Shown here piece by piece: positions 47,860 to 58,577 of a stretch of 64,000 nt of DNA. The stretch comes from Candidatus Heimdallarchaeota archaeon (GTDB lineage Archaea > Asgardarchaeota > Heimdallarchaeia > JABLTI01): the NCBI GenBank assembly GCA_019058275.1, contig JAHLVW010000083.1:1-64000 (forward strand), written 5' to 3'. The position numbers were made by a program, and so were the translations under genes. Each line of letters opens with the position of its first letter. Positions within the stretch are counted from its first letter, which is position 1. Below the pieces are notes generated by a model. That model ran no database searches, had not been told where the DNA came from, and saw only the letters and a program-made list of their open reading frames with translations.

Positions 47860-47933
47860 TCATTATTGATTATTTATCAGAGATAATGTGATGTAAAATA
47901 AGCTACTGATAAGAAATAATGTTACAATTGAGT

Positions 47934-48359
47934 TTAGCTTCTAAACTTCCCTTCAATTTTATCTAAAGCTATAGAAGCTTGTTCTCGAACGCGCCAATTA
48001 TCATCAAGTAATGCATTACGTATAGCTGGAACTGTTTCATTAGTTCGATTTTGCATTTCACCCAACGCAGCAGCTGCTAGTGTACGTACGTCATCTCTAT
48101 TGTCTTTTTTCAAAATATCTACTATTACAGGTATAGTCTTAATATTCTTTTCTCCCAACTCACATAATGATAAGGCTGCCCATTTACGAACCTCTAAATC
48201 ATCATCCTTTAGAGCTTTCATTAAAGCATTAACAATTTTCTTATCTTTCTTTCCATAAATTCCTAATATTAAAGCTGCTGTTGCTCGAACCTTTGGATTA
48301 AAACTGTCTAAATCTTTAAGAAAATTCTTGACTTCTTTGGGATCCAATATAGCAGTCAA
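47934..48359 (-). CDS. HEAT repeat protein
   Basis: Repeated D....VR..AA..LG units. Confidence 0.8.
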   Translation of the reverse strand: MTAILDPKEVKNFLKDLDSFNPKVRATAALILGIYGKKDKKIVNALMKALKDDDLEVRKWAALSLCELGEKNIKTIPVIVDILKKDNRDDVRTLAAAALGEMQNRTNETVPAIRNALLDDNWRVREQASIALDKIEGKFRS

Positions 48360-48620
48360 AGTTCTAATCCACCAAACTCAATAAACAACAATATTATAAC
48401 TAATAAGTTATCAAAAAGTCTTTTCATGATAAAATATTTTCAACTATCTCTCAAATCATTTAACTATTATTTTGAGATTATTTCAGTTATTTTTTGATAA
48501 ATTAAGTATGTTTACTTGAGGTTAAAAAACTGAATAGATAACAATTAGACCAATCAAATTTGGAAAAGTAGATATTCTTAAAATTACTATCATTATTCTT
48601 CTCTTTAGGAATTGTTAGTT

Positions 48621-49655
48621 TTGGTAAAATTATAGTATATAATTGGAAAGAAGAAGGATTTACCAGAGAAATATTATGAAAAAATGATAAGCATGATTAG
48701 AGGCTACGATTCAGAACGGTTGCCTTTTGAACCACCTACTTTAGATTATTATCGTAATTATTGGGATTTACCAAAACCATCAGGACAAGAAACAATAACT
48801 GTATTCGCATTCAATGACTTTGATGAACTTATAGGATTTGGATATTCGGGTTGGAATATAAAATATGATAATTTAGATCATGGATTCTTTCAAATTTATG
48901 TTGTTCCTACAAATCGAAGAAAAGGATTTGGTACTAAGATTATACGAAAGTTATTTTCTCAAATTCCTTCTCAGATTAAAACTTTAGCAGCTTCAACAAA
49001 GGAGGGTTCTATTGGTGAAGCATTTCTACAAAAATTTAAACACGAGAATTGTTTTGAAGAACTTTTTAGAGCTGCAGATTTATCAGAATTCAATCTAGAA
49101 GAAATAAGGGAGATTGTAAAGATAGAAACTGAAAGAATTGAATAATTAGGCTATACTTTTGTAGAGCTTGAAAGTCTAGATTATGCTGAAAAATTCAATG
49201 AAGAGGAATATGTCAGAATGGTAGAGAGAATATGGAACGATATGCCTCGAGAAGAAATGTCTTTTGGGGAGAATGTTATTACCTCCGAACGTTACAAGTC
49301 TATGATTGAATTAAATCTTAAAAAAGGTGATAGAAATTTTGGTTATGCAATTGCCAAAAAAGAAACTAACGAACCAGTAGGTCACACAAGAGTTCTCTAT
49401 AATAAATATGATCTTGATCTTGTTGAACAAGATGATACAGGGGTTGTTCATGAACATAGAGGAAATGGTTTTGGTTTAGCTTTAAAATATAAAGTCTTAG
49501 AGAGGATATTGAATGAACTAAATGCGAAATTCTGGTTTACTGGTAATGCTCAAAGCAATAAACATATGATTCGAATAAATAAAAAATTAAAACATAAAAT
49601 CGTTGGAAAGAAAGTTGTATATGAATTAAAGAGAGAAGAATGGGAATTGATCTAA
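48621..49655 (+). pseudogene. Tandem GNAT acetyltransferase interrupted by in-frame stops (TAA 49143-49145; probably also TAG 48633-48635)
   Basis: ORFs 48684-49145 and 49218-49655 are in the same frame and separated by one TAA. Acetyl-CoA motifs RRKGFG and HRGNGFG. Confidence 0.7.
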
Positions 49656-49858
49656 AACTACTATTTAGTAAATATTGTAATCAATAAAAAAGTCAAAGGG
49701 AATTCTTCACCTTATATCTCATAATAGATTGCTCATGTTATAAAAAACTTTGATTGCATTGGCATTTCTCTCTAATTACTGGTCAGAAAATACCATATTA
49801 TACTAATAGAGTGGTCAATTTACTTTTACTTTTACTAAATAGAATTCAATAGAGATGA

Positions 49859-51007
49859 TTGAAAATGACTGATGCTGAAAAACACAAAGAAAATATTGTG
49901 AATAACTTAGTTGGTATAAAATTCGAAGGTAGACCCATCCCTTTATGGGATGAGAAAGATAAATTGACTGATAAAATGAAACAATTCAAAGTACCTGGTC
50001 TAAGTATTGTTGTGATTAATGATTTTCAAATAGATTGGACATTGCATGAAGGCGTGCAAGACTTGAACTCCAACAAAAAATTAACTCCTGAAACTTTGTT
50101 TGAAGCTGCATCTACGACTAAAGCTCTAACAGCTGTTCTTGCTTTGCACTTCGTTGAAAATGGTATTTTAGACCTAGATGAGGAAATTAATACTAAACTA
50201 AAAAACTGGAAAATACCTGAGAATGAGTTCACTGAGAAAGAGAAAGTTACTCTTCGCAGATTACTAACACATATGGCAGGTATAAACCGTCCTGACAGCT
50301 TGTTTAGTTACGAAGAAGGGAAAACTCCTACACTAATTCAAGTATTAAATGGAGAATCACCTGCTTTGAATGATCCTGTAAAAGTAGAATTTATTCCTGG
50401 ATCAAAACATCAATACTCAAATATTGGCTATACTATTATACAACAGTTATTAGAAGATGTTACTGGGAAATCATTTCATCAATTAATGAAAGAAGTGATT
50501 TTTGAACCACTAGAGATGAATAATAGTACATTAGAATTTCCGCTTCCTGATAATTTTAGTCAACGAGCTGTTTTACCACATACAGCTGAAGGTGAAGCTA
50601 AGGATAAAGGCTTACACGCATCAGCTTTAGCACATGGCAACTTAAGCTGTACTTCAATTGATTTGAGTAAATTTCTTTTAGAACTAATGAACACTTATAA
50701 TGGAAAATCTGAAAAAATATTGTCAAAAAACATGGTTAGAAAAATGTTTGAATCTCAACGTTCATTTGGTCCAACAGAATTAATGGGTTTCTCTGATCAA
50801 GCCTTAGGTGTGTTTTTGATGAGAAATGATAAAAACTCATTCTTTCTCCATCCAGGAGGAAATGAACCAGGGGCAAATTGCTTTCTTATAGGTTCTCCTA
50901 CAACAGGTCATGGTGCTATTTTGATGTCAAATGGTTCTATGGGTGAGCTCATCAATATGCAATTGATTTATACTATAGCAAAAGATTATGAATGGAATTT
51001 TGGATGA
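49859..51007 (+). CDS. Serine hydrolase, beta-lactamase class C-like
   Basis: ASTTK, LLTHMAG, YSN and HPG motifs. Confidence 0.85.
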   Translation: MKMTDAEKHKENIVNNLVGIKFEGRPIPLWDEKDKLTDKMKQFKVPGLSIVVINDFQIDWTLHEGVQDLNSNKKLTPETLFEAASTTKALTAVLALHFVENGILDLDEEINTKLKNWKIPENEFTEKEKVTLRRLLTHMAGINRPDSLFSYEEGKTPTLIQVLNGESPALNDPVKVEFIPGSKHQYSNIGYTIIQQLLEDVTGKSFHQLMKEVIFEPLEMNNSTLEFPLPDNFSQRAVLPHTAEGEAKDKGLHASALAHGNLSCTSIDLSKFLLELMNTYNGKSEKILSKNMVRKMFESQRSFGPTELMGFSDQALGVFLMRNDKNSFFLHPGGNEPGANCFLIGSPTTGHGAILMSNGSMGELINMQLIYTIAKDYEWNFG

Positions 51008-51122
51008 ATAACTCACCAAAATTTCTTTAATTATTTTCTAGATACCTTTTCTTTTTTTTATTAAGAAAGTCACTCGTAATTAATTAATAATCAGATGAGT
51101 ATTTTACAATGGAGGTAATGAA

Positions 51123-51557
51123 ATGAAAATTTTTGATGCTCCTATTCTTCACAAAGTGTTAATTCGTGCCCCTCGAGAAAAGGTCTATGATGCAATGACA
51201 ACTGCAGAAGGTTTAGATGGGTAGTTTACTAAGGGATACTTTGTTGGTCGTAAACCAGGTGGGAAAATCATTCTTCGATGGGTTGATTGGGGCGTAGATA
51301 AAGTAAATACTCAAACAGAAGCTCCTATAATAGAAGTCAAATTACCAGAACGTTTTGTCTTTAAGTGGTGGGAAGATCATTATACAATAGTTGAGATGGA
51401 TTTTATAGAAGTTAAAGAAGGAACAGTTGTATCAGTAAAGGAACACGGATATCAAGATTCAACAGAAGGTCACGTACGATGTCTTGAATGTGCAACTGGA
51501 TGGGGAGAAGCCCTCACATTACTAAAATTCTATGTTGAGCATGGATTACGATACTGA
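51123..51557 (+). pseudogene. SRPBCC/AHSA1-like protein with a nonsense codon at a conserved Trp (absent from the ORF track)
   Basis: IRAPREKVYDAMTTAEGLDG*F...RFVFKW...GW...L..LK.YVE; TAG at 51222-51224. Confidence 0.8.
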
Positions 51558-51558
51558 A

Positions 51559-52077
51559 TCAGCTATATTCCTTTCGAGCTTTTTTCTCTATTTTTTTGAT
51601 AAATTTTGATTTGCCATTAGTATATGCCTTTCTGTCATTTCTGAACAATTGTGCCAATCCTTGTTTCAAATCATTGTATTCCTTTGCCGCATCAGGATAG
51701 CTTCGCAGAAAATCGCGAAAGAGAATATGCCTTCCCCAATAATCACTATTTATATCTATAATATACAAATGAATCTTAATTCCGTCAAATTGCTTGTCTA
51801 GTGATTTCCTTTCAGGAAAATCCTCAACGCGATTTGTATCAAAAGTATATCCAATACTTACTAATAGAGGAATACATTTCTTGATCTCATCAAATGATTC
51901 TACGCCAATCATTATATCAATTATTGGTTTAGCACCCATTCCAGGTACAGCAGTGCTCCCAATGTGCTCTATACTTATTACTAAATCACTTAATGCTTCT
52001 TCAATTACCACTCTTTCTTTTTCGAAGAATTTAGGCCATTTAGGATTATATTTCTCAATTATAATTGGAGCATTCAT
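51559..52077 (-). CDS. GrpB/UPF0157 nucleotidyltransferase-fold protein
   Basis: YNPKWP, EHIGSTAVPG..AKPIIDI, FRD.L and Y..GK motifs. Confidence 0.88.
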   Translation of the reverse strand: MNAPIIIEKYNPKWPKFFEKERVVIEEALSDLVISIEHIGSTAVPGMGAKPIIDIMIGVESFDEIKKCIPLLVSIGYTFDTNRVEDFPERKSLDKQFDGIKIHLYIIDINSDYWGRHILFRDFLRSYPDAAKEYNDLKQGLAQLFRNDRKAYTNGKSKFIKKIEKKARKEYS

Positions 52078-52167
52078 AATAGATTACCAATATATTGAAA
52101 TTTATCAAATTTACTAAATCTACAAAGTAACAAGCAATGTAAAATTTACCTTGGACCTAATGCATGT

Positions 52168-52608
52168 TTAAACGATAGTACCCTTATATAAACCAATGAA
52201 TCGTTCATATCTACCCGGTAATTTTTCATTATCTTGTAAATGTAATAACCAAGCATGAATTTCATTTTCTAAGATGATTTTCTCTCCTGCTACATTCTCT
52301 ACTTCTGGTCTATGGATGTTTTTAATGGCTGTAAATTCCATCATTACATATGCTTCAGACATTACTATTGTTGAGATGTCGTTTAGATACATTTCATCAT
52401 TTACACTGAGAATACATCTAATAAGCGCTCTCGCAAGGAAAGTGATAAATCTTTTCTGAAGATCCATTGGACCTTTAAATAACTTACCAAAAATCGCGCC
52501 CATAACTGTGTTTTCAAAATCATATCTGTTCATAACATAAGGTATTAAGAACTCCTCTAATTCTTGAATAAGCTTTTGACTAATATTGTACCCCGCCTTT
52601 TTAATCAC
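52168..52608 (-). CDS. Hypothetical protein
   Basis: 146-aa ORF; no motif recognised. Confidence 0.5.
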   Translation of the reverse strand: MIKKAGYNISQKLIQELEEFLIPYVMNRYDFENTVMGAIFGKLFKGPMDLQKRFITFLARALIRCILSVNDEMYLNDISTIVMSEAYVMMEFTAIKNIHRPEVENVAGEKIILENEIHAWLLHLQDNEKLPGRYERFIGLYKGTIV

Positions 52609-52745
52609 TATAAAACAAATGTGATTGGTTTATTTATATGTTTTCAGAAACAAGAGTCATAATTTCATAATAAGTAAAAGCCCCTCTTTGTAAAAGAGTA
52701 ATTATAAATATTATTTATGTTAATTATATAAGGGGGCAGATAGAA

Positions 52746-53714
52746 ATGGATGTCATAGATTGGTTATTAACTAAAGATGCTTTTATTGAGTACAACACAA
52801 GAGTAGAATTGCTAGGACAAACTGAATCTAATAAACATGTACAAAATGCGAAGGAAAGGATGCTTAAGGATATTAGAATCATTAATTTATTTGCTGAATT
52901 ACTAGATTGGCCTGGTTACTCATTGAAGAGACATAATGATGCGAAACACTTGACTCACAAACTAGCATTTCTAGTGGATATTGGTGTTAAAAAAAATAAT
53001 AAAACACTTACACAAGTATCTAAGAAAATTTTCGAACAAAAATCCGAAGAGGGAGCCTTTCAGGTAATCGTAAATATACCTACACATTTCGGTGGATCAG
53101 GGGAGGATGAAATGCTATGGATGCTTTGTGATTTTCCAACGATATTATATTCTATGTTAAAAATAGGTTGGGAAAATGATAAACGAATTGAAATAGCGAT
53201 TGATTACTTGAAAGAACTAATAAGAGAAAATGGTTGGCCATGTGCAAGTTCTCCAAAATTAGGTGGAAAATTCAAAGGTCCAGGTAAGAAAAGCGATCCT
53301 TGTCCCTATGCTAATCTAATCATACTAAAAGCATTAAGCCAACATCCAAAATCAAAGAACTCCAAAGAGTGCAAAGTAGGAGCTGAAACCTTACTATCAT
53401 TATGGGAACGAAGAAAGGAAGTAAAACCCTTTTTATTTGGTATGGGAACAGATTTCAAGAAATTAAAAGCTCCTTTTATTTGGTATGATGTTTTACATAT
53501 CACTGATGTGTTGACAAAATTTGAATGGTTGCATAAAGATGAACGACTTAATGAAATGATTGAGATTATTCGTAACAAAATAGATTCTAATGGATTTTAT
53601 AAGGCTGAATCTGTTTGGCGTGCTTGGAAAGAATGGGATTTTGGACAAAAGAAAGAACCATCTCCTTGGATAACTTTCTTAGTAACAAGATTGCTAAGAC
53701 GAATCGATAGATAG
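52746..53714 (+). CDS. Prenyltransferase/terpenoid-cyclase-fold alpha-barrel protein of unknown function
   Basis: IDWLL, ENGWPC, CPYA, P..WYD.L and PSPWIT motifs. Confidence 0.6.
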   Translation: MDVIDWLLTKDAFIEYNTRVELLGQTESNKHVQNAKERMLKDIRIINLFAELLDWPGYSLKRHNDAKHLTHKLAFLVDIGVKKNNKTLTQVSKKIFEQKSEEGAFQVIVNIPTHFGGSGEDEMLWMLCDFPTILYSMLKIGWENDKRIEIAIDYLKELIRENGWPCASSPKLGGKFKGPGKKSDPCPYANLIILKALSQHPKSKNSKECKVGAETLLSLWERRKEVKPFLFGMGTDFKKLKAPFIWYDVLHITDVLTKFEWLHKDERLNEMIEIIRNKIDSNGFYKAESVWRAWKEWDFGQKKEPSPWITFLVTRLLRRIDR

Positions 53715-53887
53715 AATTCAATCAATTTGTTCATCATAAAATATATATAAAAAGTGTTGATATGTGAACTTAATCATACATAAAGAAAGCAAAAGTTGAG
53801 AGTATATATTATTAAAGGAAATTGATAATAGAGATCTTCTAATTTTTACTGTTTTTGTGTATAAAATAACAAATTTAGGTGAATTAA

Positions 53888-54040
53888 TTGAGTTATGATA
53901 GAGAACCAAGAGAAATGCATAAAATTACTTGCTCCGAATGTGGACAAGAAGCAGAAGTTCCATTTAAGCCAGATGGTGAACGACCTGTATACTGTCAAGA
54001 ATGTTTTAGTAAAAAGAGGAAACCAAGACGAAGATTCTAA
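53888..54040 (+). CDS. CxxC-x17-CxxC zinc-binding mini-protein, 50 aa (correct frame for track ORF 53895-54122)
   Basis: MSYDREPREMHKITCSECGQEAEVPFKPDGERPVYCQECFSKKRKPRRRF; AGGTGA SD before TTG. Confidence 0.88.
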   Translation: MSYDREPREMHKITCSECGQEAEVPFKPDGERPVYCQECFSKKRKPRRRF

Positions 54041-54084
54041 TCACATTCGATTTTCTAATTTTAGGATAAATATTCTTAGTCTAA

Positions 54085-54115
54085 TGAATAGCCAGCAATT
54101 TGCTGTTGCTATTCA
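54085..54115. terminator. Hairpin between convergent genes
   Basis: TGAATAGC-CAGCA-ATT-TGCTG-TT-GCTATTCA. Confidence 0.5.
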
Positions 54116-54123
54116 CTTATAAT

Positions 54124-55089
54124 TTATAGTTTTTTCATAACTAAATTAGCAAAGTCCTTACTATAATTAACTATTTTTTCATCAAATCCTGGAAACATTA
54201 CTTGATAGTAGTCAAAACCTAAGCTATTTAGGTATTCAAATCGTTCAATGAGTTCTTCTGGATATCCTACCCATGAACCAGGAGTGTCTTGTGTTATTCT
54301 TTCCTTTATAGCTTCCAATGGTCTATTATATCGCTCAGATATATCTTTCAGATAGTTTTCAATTTCCTCCTCTGATTTTGAAACAAATATAGGAATTCCC
54401 ACAGCAAACAAGCTTTTACCAATTTCATCGTAATCTCTGCCAACTACCTTACAATGAGCTTTGAGTATTTCTAATGATCGTTCAAGGTTTGGTCGTAAAA
54501 CGAAGTTACAATAATCTGCTTGTCTTGCAACAATTTTCAGCAGTATTTTTTTGCCCATACCTCCAATCATTATTGGCGGCCATGGTTTCTGAACTGGTTT
54601 TGGAGCTGAAAAAGCATCTTTGATTTTATAATATTGACCCTCAAAAGTAACCTTAGCTTCTGTCCATAGTAATTTTATGATCTCAATAGCTTCCTCCATT
54701 TGGTATAACCGTTCTATTGTTGATGGAAACGGGATTCCATAGGCATTATACTCAATTTCTTTCCAACCGGCACCAAAACCGAAGAATAACCTACCATTGG
54801 AAATCATATCTACAGTTGCAGCCATTTTAGCTAGAACAGCTGGATACCTATAAGAATTACAAGTAACTAGAGTTCCTAATCTAAGTTTTTTAGTTACAGC
54901 TGCTAATGCAGAGAGCAATGTCCAAGCTTCCATACAATTCTTGTTTTCAGATTTGTTATCTAAGAAGAAATGGTCACTAGTCCAGATGGAATCATAACCT
55001 ATCTTCTCTGCTTCTAAAGCTATTTTTTCTACTGTTTTATATTCAAATCCCATTTGAGGTTCTATTTGAATGCCAAATTTTACAGTCAT
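54124..55089 (-). CDS. LLM-class (probably F420-dependent) oxidoreductase
   Basis: SDHF, EAWT.L.ALA, RLGTLV, GAGW...E and PKP.Q.P.PPI.IGG motifs. Confidence 0.88.
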   Translation of the reverse strand: MTVKFGIQIEPQMGFEYKTVEKIALEAEKIGYDSIWTSDHFFLDNKSENKNCMEAWTLLSALAAVTKKLRLGTLVTCNSYRYPAVLAKMAATVDMISNGRLFFGFGAGWKEIEYNAYGIPFPSTIERLYQMEEAIEIIKLLWTEAKVTFEGQYYKIKDAFSAPKPVQKPWPPIMIGGMGKKILLKIVARQADYCNFVLRPNLERSLEILKAHCKVVGRDYDEIGKSLFAVGIPIFVSKSEEEIENYLKDISERYNRPLEAIKERITQDTPGSWVGYPEELIERFEYLNSLGFDYYQVMFPGFDEKIVNYSKDFANLVMKKL

Positions 55090-55192
55090 TTGTTTTCCCT
55101 ATTTTACCTTTCATTCTCTAGTTATAGTTTTTTTGAATTATTTCAGTAGAAGCTCATAAAGAATTTAATTCATAAACAAGTCTTATATTACT

Positions 55193-56293
55193 ATGAAGCA
55201 GGATAAACAAGAAATTCGACCTCGTTTTCGAGATTTGGGATATACAGTTGGCGATTTGGAGATAGGAAAATTAAACTCCATAACAGATGTTCCAGGTGTA
55301 AAAGTTGGACATTGTACAATCATTGAAGGTAATAGTAGATTAATTCCTGGAAAAGGACCTGTGAGAACCGGTGTAACTGTTATACTTCCTCATGAGAAAA
55401 ATGTTTACAGAGAAAAAGTCAGAGCAGGTTATTTTGTTTTAAATGGTTATGGAAAAACTACTGGATTAGTTCAAGTTCAAGAATTAGGTTGTATTGAATC
55501 GTATATTGGTCTGACAAATACATTGAGCATACCAGCTGTTACTGATGCATTGATTGATTTTCACATCGAGGAAAATCCGGACGTAGGTATTTCAACTTCT
55601 TCAATTAATGTTGTTGTGGGAGAATGCAATGATGGATTTCTAAATGACATGCAAGGAAGACATGTGAAGAAAGAACACGTTTTTCATGCTATTGAGAATG
55701 CTTCCAGAAATGTTGAAGAAGGTTGTGTTGGAGCAGGTACAGGCATGAGTTTGTTTGGATATAAGGGAGGAATTGGAACTGCTTCAAGAGTTGTTATAGA
55801 AAAAACTGCTGAGTATGTTGTAGGAGTTTTAGTTTTAACCAATTTTGGCCACAGAAAGGATTTAACCATTTTAGGAAAGAAGCTGCATAAAGAAGGGATG
55901 AAGCAGGTTACCAAAACCCAGCATCATGGTTCTGTTATGGTGATTATTGCTACTGATGCTCCTCTTAATAATCGACAGCTTACTCGTCTAGCAAAAAGAG
56001 CTCCATTGGGTTTAGCGAGAACAGGAAGTTTTGCTTCGTGGGATTCTGGAGATATTATCATCACTTTTTCAACTACAAATAGGATTAGACATGATGAAAA
56101 TGCTGCAACGATAAATATGTCAATAATAAATGAATCAACCAAATTATTCAGTAGCTTTTTGAAAGCAGTAGTTGAAGCTACTGAGGAAGCAGTGTTAAAT
56201 TCATTGTGTAAAGCAACTTCAATGACTGGAAGAGACGATAATTATGTGGAAGCCATCTCAATTGAGAAAATTAAAGAATTATTAGAATCCTAG
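55193..56293 (+). CDS. DmpA/P1 (S58) aminopeptidase
   Basis: NSITDVPGV.VGH, NGYGK, ECND, GAGTGM, KGGIG, HGS (cleavage site), ATDAPL and SGD. Confidence 0.9.
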   Translation: MKQDKQEIRPRFRDLGYTVGDLEIGKLNSITDVPGVKVGHCTIIEGNSRLIPGKGPVRTGVTVILPHEKNVYREKVRAGYFVLNGYGKTTGLVQVQELGCIESYIGLTNTLSIPAVTDALIDFHIEENPDVGISTSSINVVVGECNDGFLNDMQGRHVKKEHVFHAIENASRNVEEGCVGAGTGMSLFGYKGGIGTASRVVIEKTAEYVVGVLVLTNFGHRKDLTILGKKLHKEGMKQVTKTQHHGSVMVIIATDAPLNNRQLTRLAKRAPLGLARTGSFASWDSGDIIITFSTTNRIRHDENAATINMSIINESTKLFSSFLKAVVEATEEAVLNSLCKATSMTGRDDNYVEAISIEKIKELLES

Positions 56294-56296
56294 TGT

Positions 56297-56999
56297 TTAA
56301 TCTTCTACAACTTTTGACAACTTTCTAGCGGTTTTAATATTATACACCAAATCACTTGGGTTTGGAACCATTCCATCCCAATTTGATTCTTCAACGAATC
56401 TAATGAAGAATTCATGGAGTTCTTTAGGTTCAAATTCCGCAATTTTAGCGGGAGAATCTAGTCCAGCATCATAGTAGAGTCGGGAGAGTTTCTTCTTAAC
56501 ATAACCAAGACGGGTTATATCAGAAAGCTTAACTAATTCTAAAATTGATTCTTCCGGGATAGCTAATTGCTTAGAAAGATCTTCACGTTGTTTCTTAGTT
56601 TTTCCCTTTTCCAACATTTGTTCAACGTTCTTGATTCCTATAGTTGCAAGTTTCTTTACTTGTTCTTGATTGACTTTTAGAAATTCTTTAAGCGGAAAAA
56701 TTCTCTTTGTCTTTTTGGTTCTTTCATCTCTTAAAGCTAGTGTGTTGAAGTAGTTCTTTATTGTCCAAGAAATGGAAATAATTCATTAAGATATACAAAT
56801 AACCTTTTGCGGACTGTTTTTTACTTTCAAGTTCAAAAACAAAAGCATCTATATCGTCAGTCGTTACAGCTTCAAGATTTTTCTTTCTTTTCTCTTGCAA
56901 GTAGGACATGAAATCCTTTAGAACATTCACATTTCGATCTACTACATGTGGCTTTTTTCCTTCCCGTTTCAAGTATTTCCTAAAATCTTCTTCATTCAT
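56297..56999 (-). pseudogene. Integrase-SAM-like plus DUF4332-like protein, frameshifted near 56740
   Basis: The upstream ORF continues in another frame as ALRDERTKKTKRIFPLKEF...GIKNVEQM into ORF 56297-56617 (SDITRLGYV...LYYDAG). Confidence 0.65.
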
Positions 57000-57021
57000 T
57001 AACTTCACAAGCAATACTATT

Positions 57022-58008
57022 TTATTTTTCATTAATTACTTCTTTGGGAAGATGAATAGCAAAAGTACAAATGTCATCTCCCTTTAAGACGGATTTAACA
57101 AGATCGACTTCTAAGGTTTGCTCGAAAATACCTTCAAAAGGCACTTTGTGCCATCCTCCAGAACAATTACAAAAAGTATGTGAAACTTGTTTTTCTTCAG
57201 GTTTTTTCAATGAATCTCTAATCCAACCACAATGGCAATAATGATAGCGTTTGGTTTTATCATCTTTGGCTTCAACGAATTGTTTTATTTGATACGGGAT
57301 TTTAGAAACATAAACGATATTCCCCTCTCGTACTCCCGCTTCGATAGATGGTTCAGCTTCAACATACTTATACTCAGGAGAATTATACCCATATCTATCA
57401 CCAATGATCTTTTTCCACTTAGCATGCATATGTTGTAAAACAACATCAATATTTCCTGCTTTTTCATACATTCTTTTCAATTTCTTGAAAGATGTAGACT
57501 TTGGACTTTTGAAGTGTAAATTATTAGTTAGAATTTTCTTGCAAGTTTTTTCATCAACATTTGCTTCTAAACAATCCATCATACACTTTGTCCAAGCAGC
57601 TTTCTTAACAGTTGATGAGGTTTGTTTAATGGGTCCACCTGCTGCGATGATTTTTTCTTGTAGCTCTTCACCTACATATTCATCCAATGTTTCTTCGAAT
57701 CGCGAAAGCCAAGTTCCTCTTCCTAATAATCGATTGGCATTAGCAATTAAATTATGATTCTCTGTGGCTTTTCCGTAGCTTTTCATTGCTAAAAGAAAGA
57801 GCTTTTTCTTTTTCTTGTCATCTTCCCATTGTTTGAGAAAAGCTTGTAAATCCTTCAAATATGATTTATCTATCCCAAGAGATTTCTTTTCAATTTTGAG
57901 ATAATCATCTATTTTTTTCACAAAAGTTACATATCTTTCTATTGTATTATCTTGCTTATTTTTCGATTTCATGAATTTTCTTAATTTCTCTTCTTGCATT
58001 AGTTTCAC
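57022..58008 (-). CDS. Integrase-SAM-like N-terminal domain plus Cys-rich DUF6144/V4R-like domain
   Basis: YCHC.W, FCNCSGG and SVLKGDD.C.F motifs. Confidence 0.6.
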   Translation of the reverse strand: MKLMQEEKLRKFMKSKNKQDNTIERYVTFVKKIDDYLKIEKKSLGIDKSYLKDLQAFLKQWEDDKKKKKLFLLAMKSYGKATENHNLIANANRLLGRGTWLSRFEETLDEYVGEELQEKIIAAGGPIKQTSSTVKKAAWTKCMMDCLEANVDEKTCKKILTNNLHFKSPKSTSFKKLKRMYEKAGNIDVVLQHMHAKWKKIIGDRYGYNSPEYKYVEAEPSIEAGVREGNIVYVSKIPYQIKQFVEAKDDKTKRYHYCHCGWIRDSLKKPEEKQVSHTFCNCSGGWHKVPFEGIFEQTLEVDLVKSVLKGDDICTFAIHLPKEVINEK

Positions 58009-58009
58009 C

Positions 58010-58513
58010 TTATTTTATGGGAATGAAAAAATCCATTTCTGATTCCTCATTATCCATGCCAAAAAAGCGCTTAGAATCATATGCTTGTATTTGGTATGAA
58101 TATGATTCTTTATACTTAGATTTGGGCAACCATTCATGATAGATATAATTATTCGCTTCACGAAATTCTTTCCCTTTTGCAGAAAAAACAGCATATTTCG
58201 TTTTTGGTAGTATTTTACAAAACATTTCTAGAGGTATATTATGAAATCCTTTTACTTCAATACCGATAAATACATACCATTTCTTCTCTTCCTTAGCAAT
58301 TACAGGATCAATATGTACTTCATAAGTTTTTGAGGGGTTAATCAATATCTCTTTGAGTTGTTCTTTCTTTTCGTCAAGTAATTTAATAAATCGTACCCAT
58401 AATCTACCAATCTCATTTTCAATGCTCCAACCCTTAATCGAATGAAATGGATCTCCGTAAAAAATGCTGCCAATTAGCTTTATTTCATCCTTATCAATGA
58501 TTTTTTGCTTCAT
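58010..58513 (-). CDS. GyrI-like small-molecule-binding protein
   Basis: I..LW.RF, YAVF, YIY.EWLP.S.Y and IPIK motifs. Confidence 0.8.
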   Translation of the reverse strand: MKQKIIDKDEIKLIGSIFYGDPFHSIKGWSIENEIGRLWVRFIKLLDEKKEQLKEILINPSKTYEVHIDPVIAKEEKKWYVFIGIEVKGFHNIPLEMFCKILPKTKYAVFSAKGKEFREANNYIYHEWLPKSKYKESYSYQIQAYDSKRFFGMDNEESEMDFFIPIK

Positions 58514-58577
58514 ACTTATCTAGACCTCATTAAAAAAAATTATCTTGATAATTTATAACAGTTTAAACATCTTCCGC

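Noticed and set aside
4920-51224. Amber (TAG) recoding or pyrrolysine, suggested by in-frame TAGs and an MttB gene
   Set aside because: TAG terminates many intact genes here (15178, 17695, 18354, 24933, 56293). The MttB has no internal TAG. The interrupted positions correspond to Trp or Met/Leu in homologous sequences, and lesions also include TAA, TGA and frameshifts.
46279-53714. Squalene-hopene or oxidosqualene cyclase call
   Set aside because: No DxDD/DCTAE catalytic motif, and the proteins are too short for the two-barrel cyclase.
53895-54122. ORF-track 75-aa ORF
   Set aside because: Wrong frame. The overlapping frame 53888-54040 encodes a recognisable CxxC-x17-CxxC protein with an SD.
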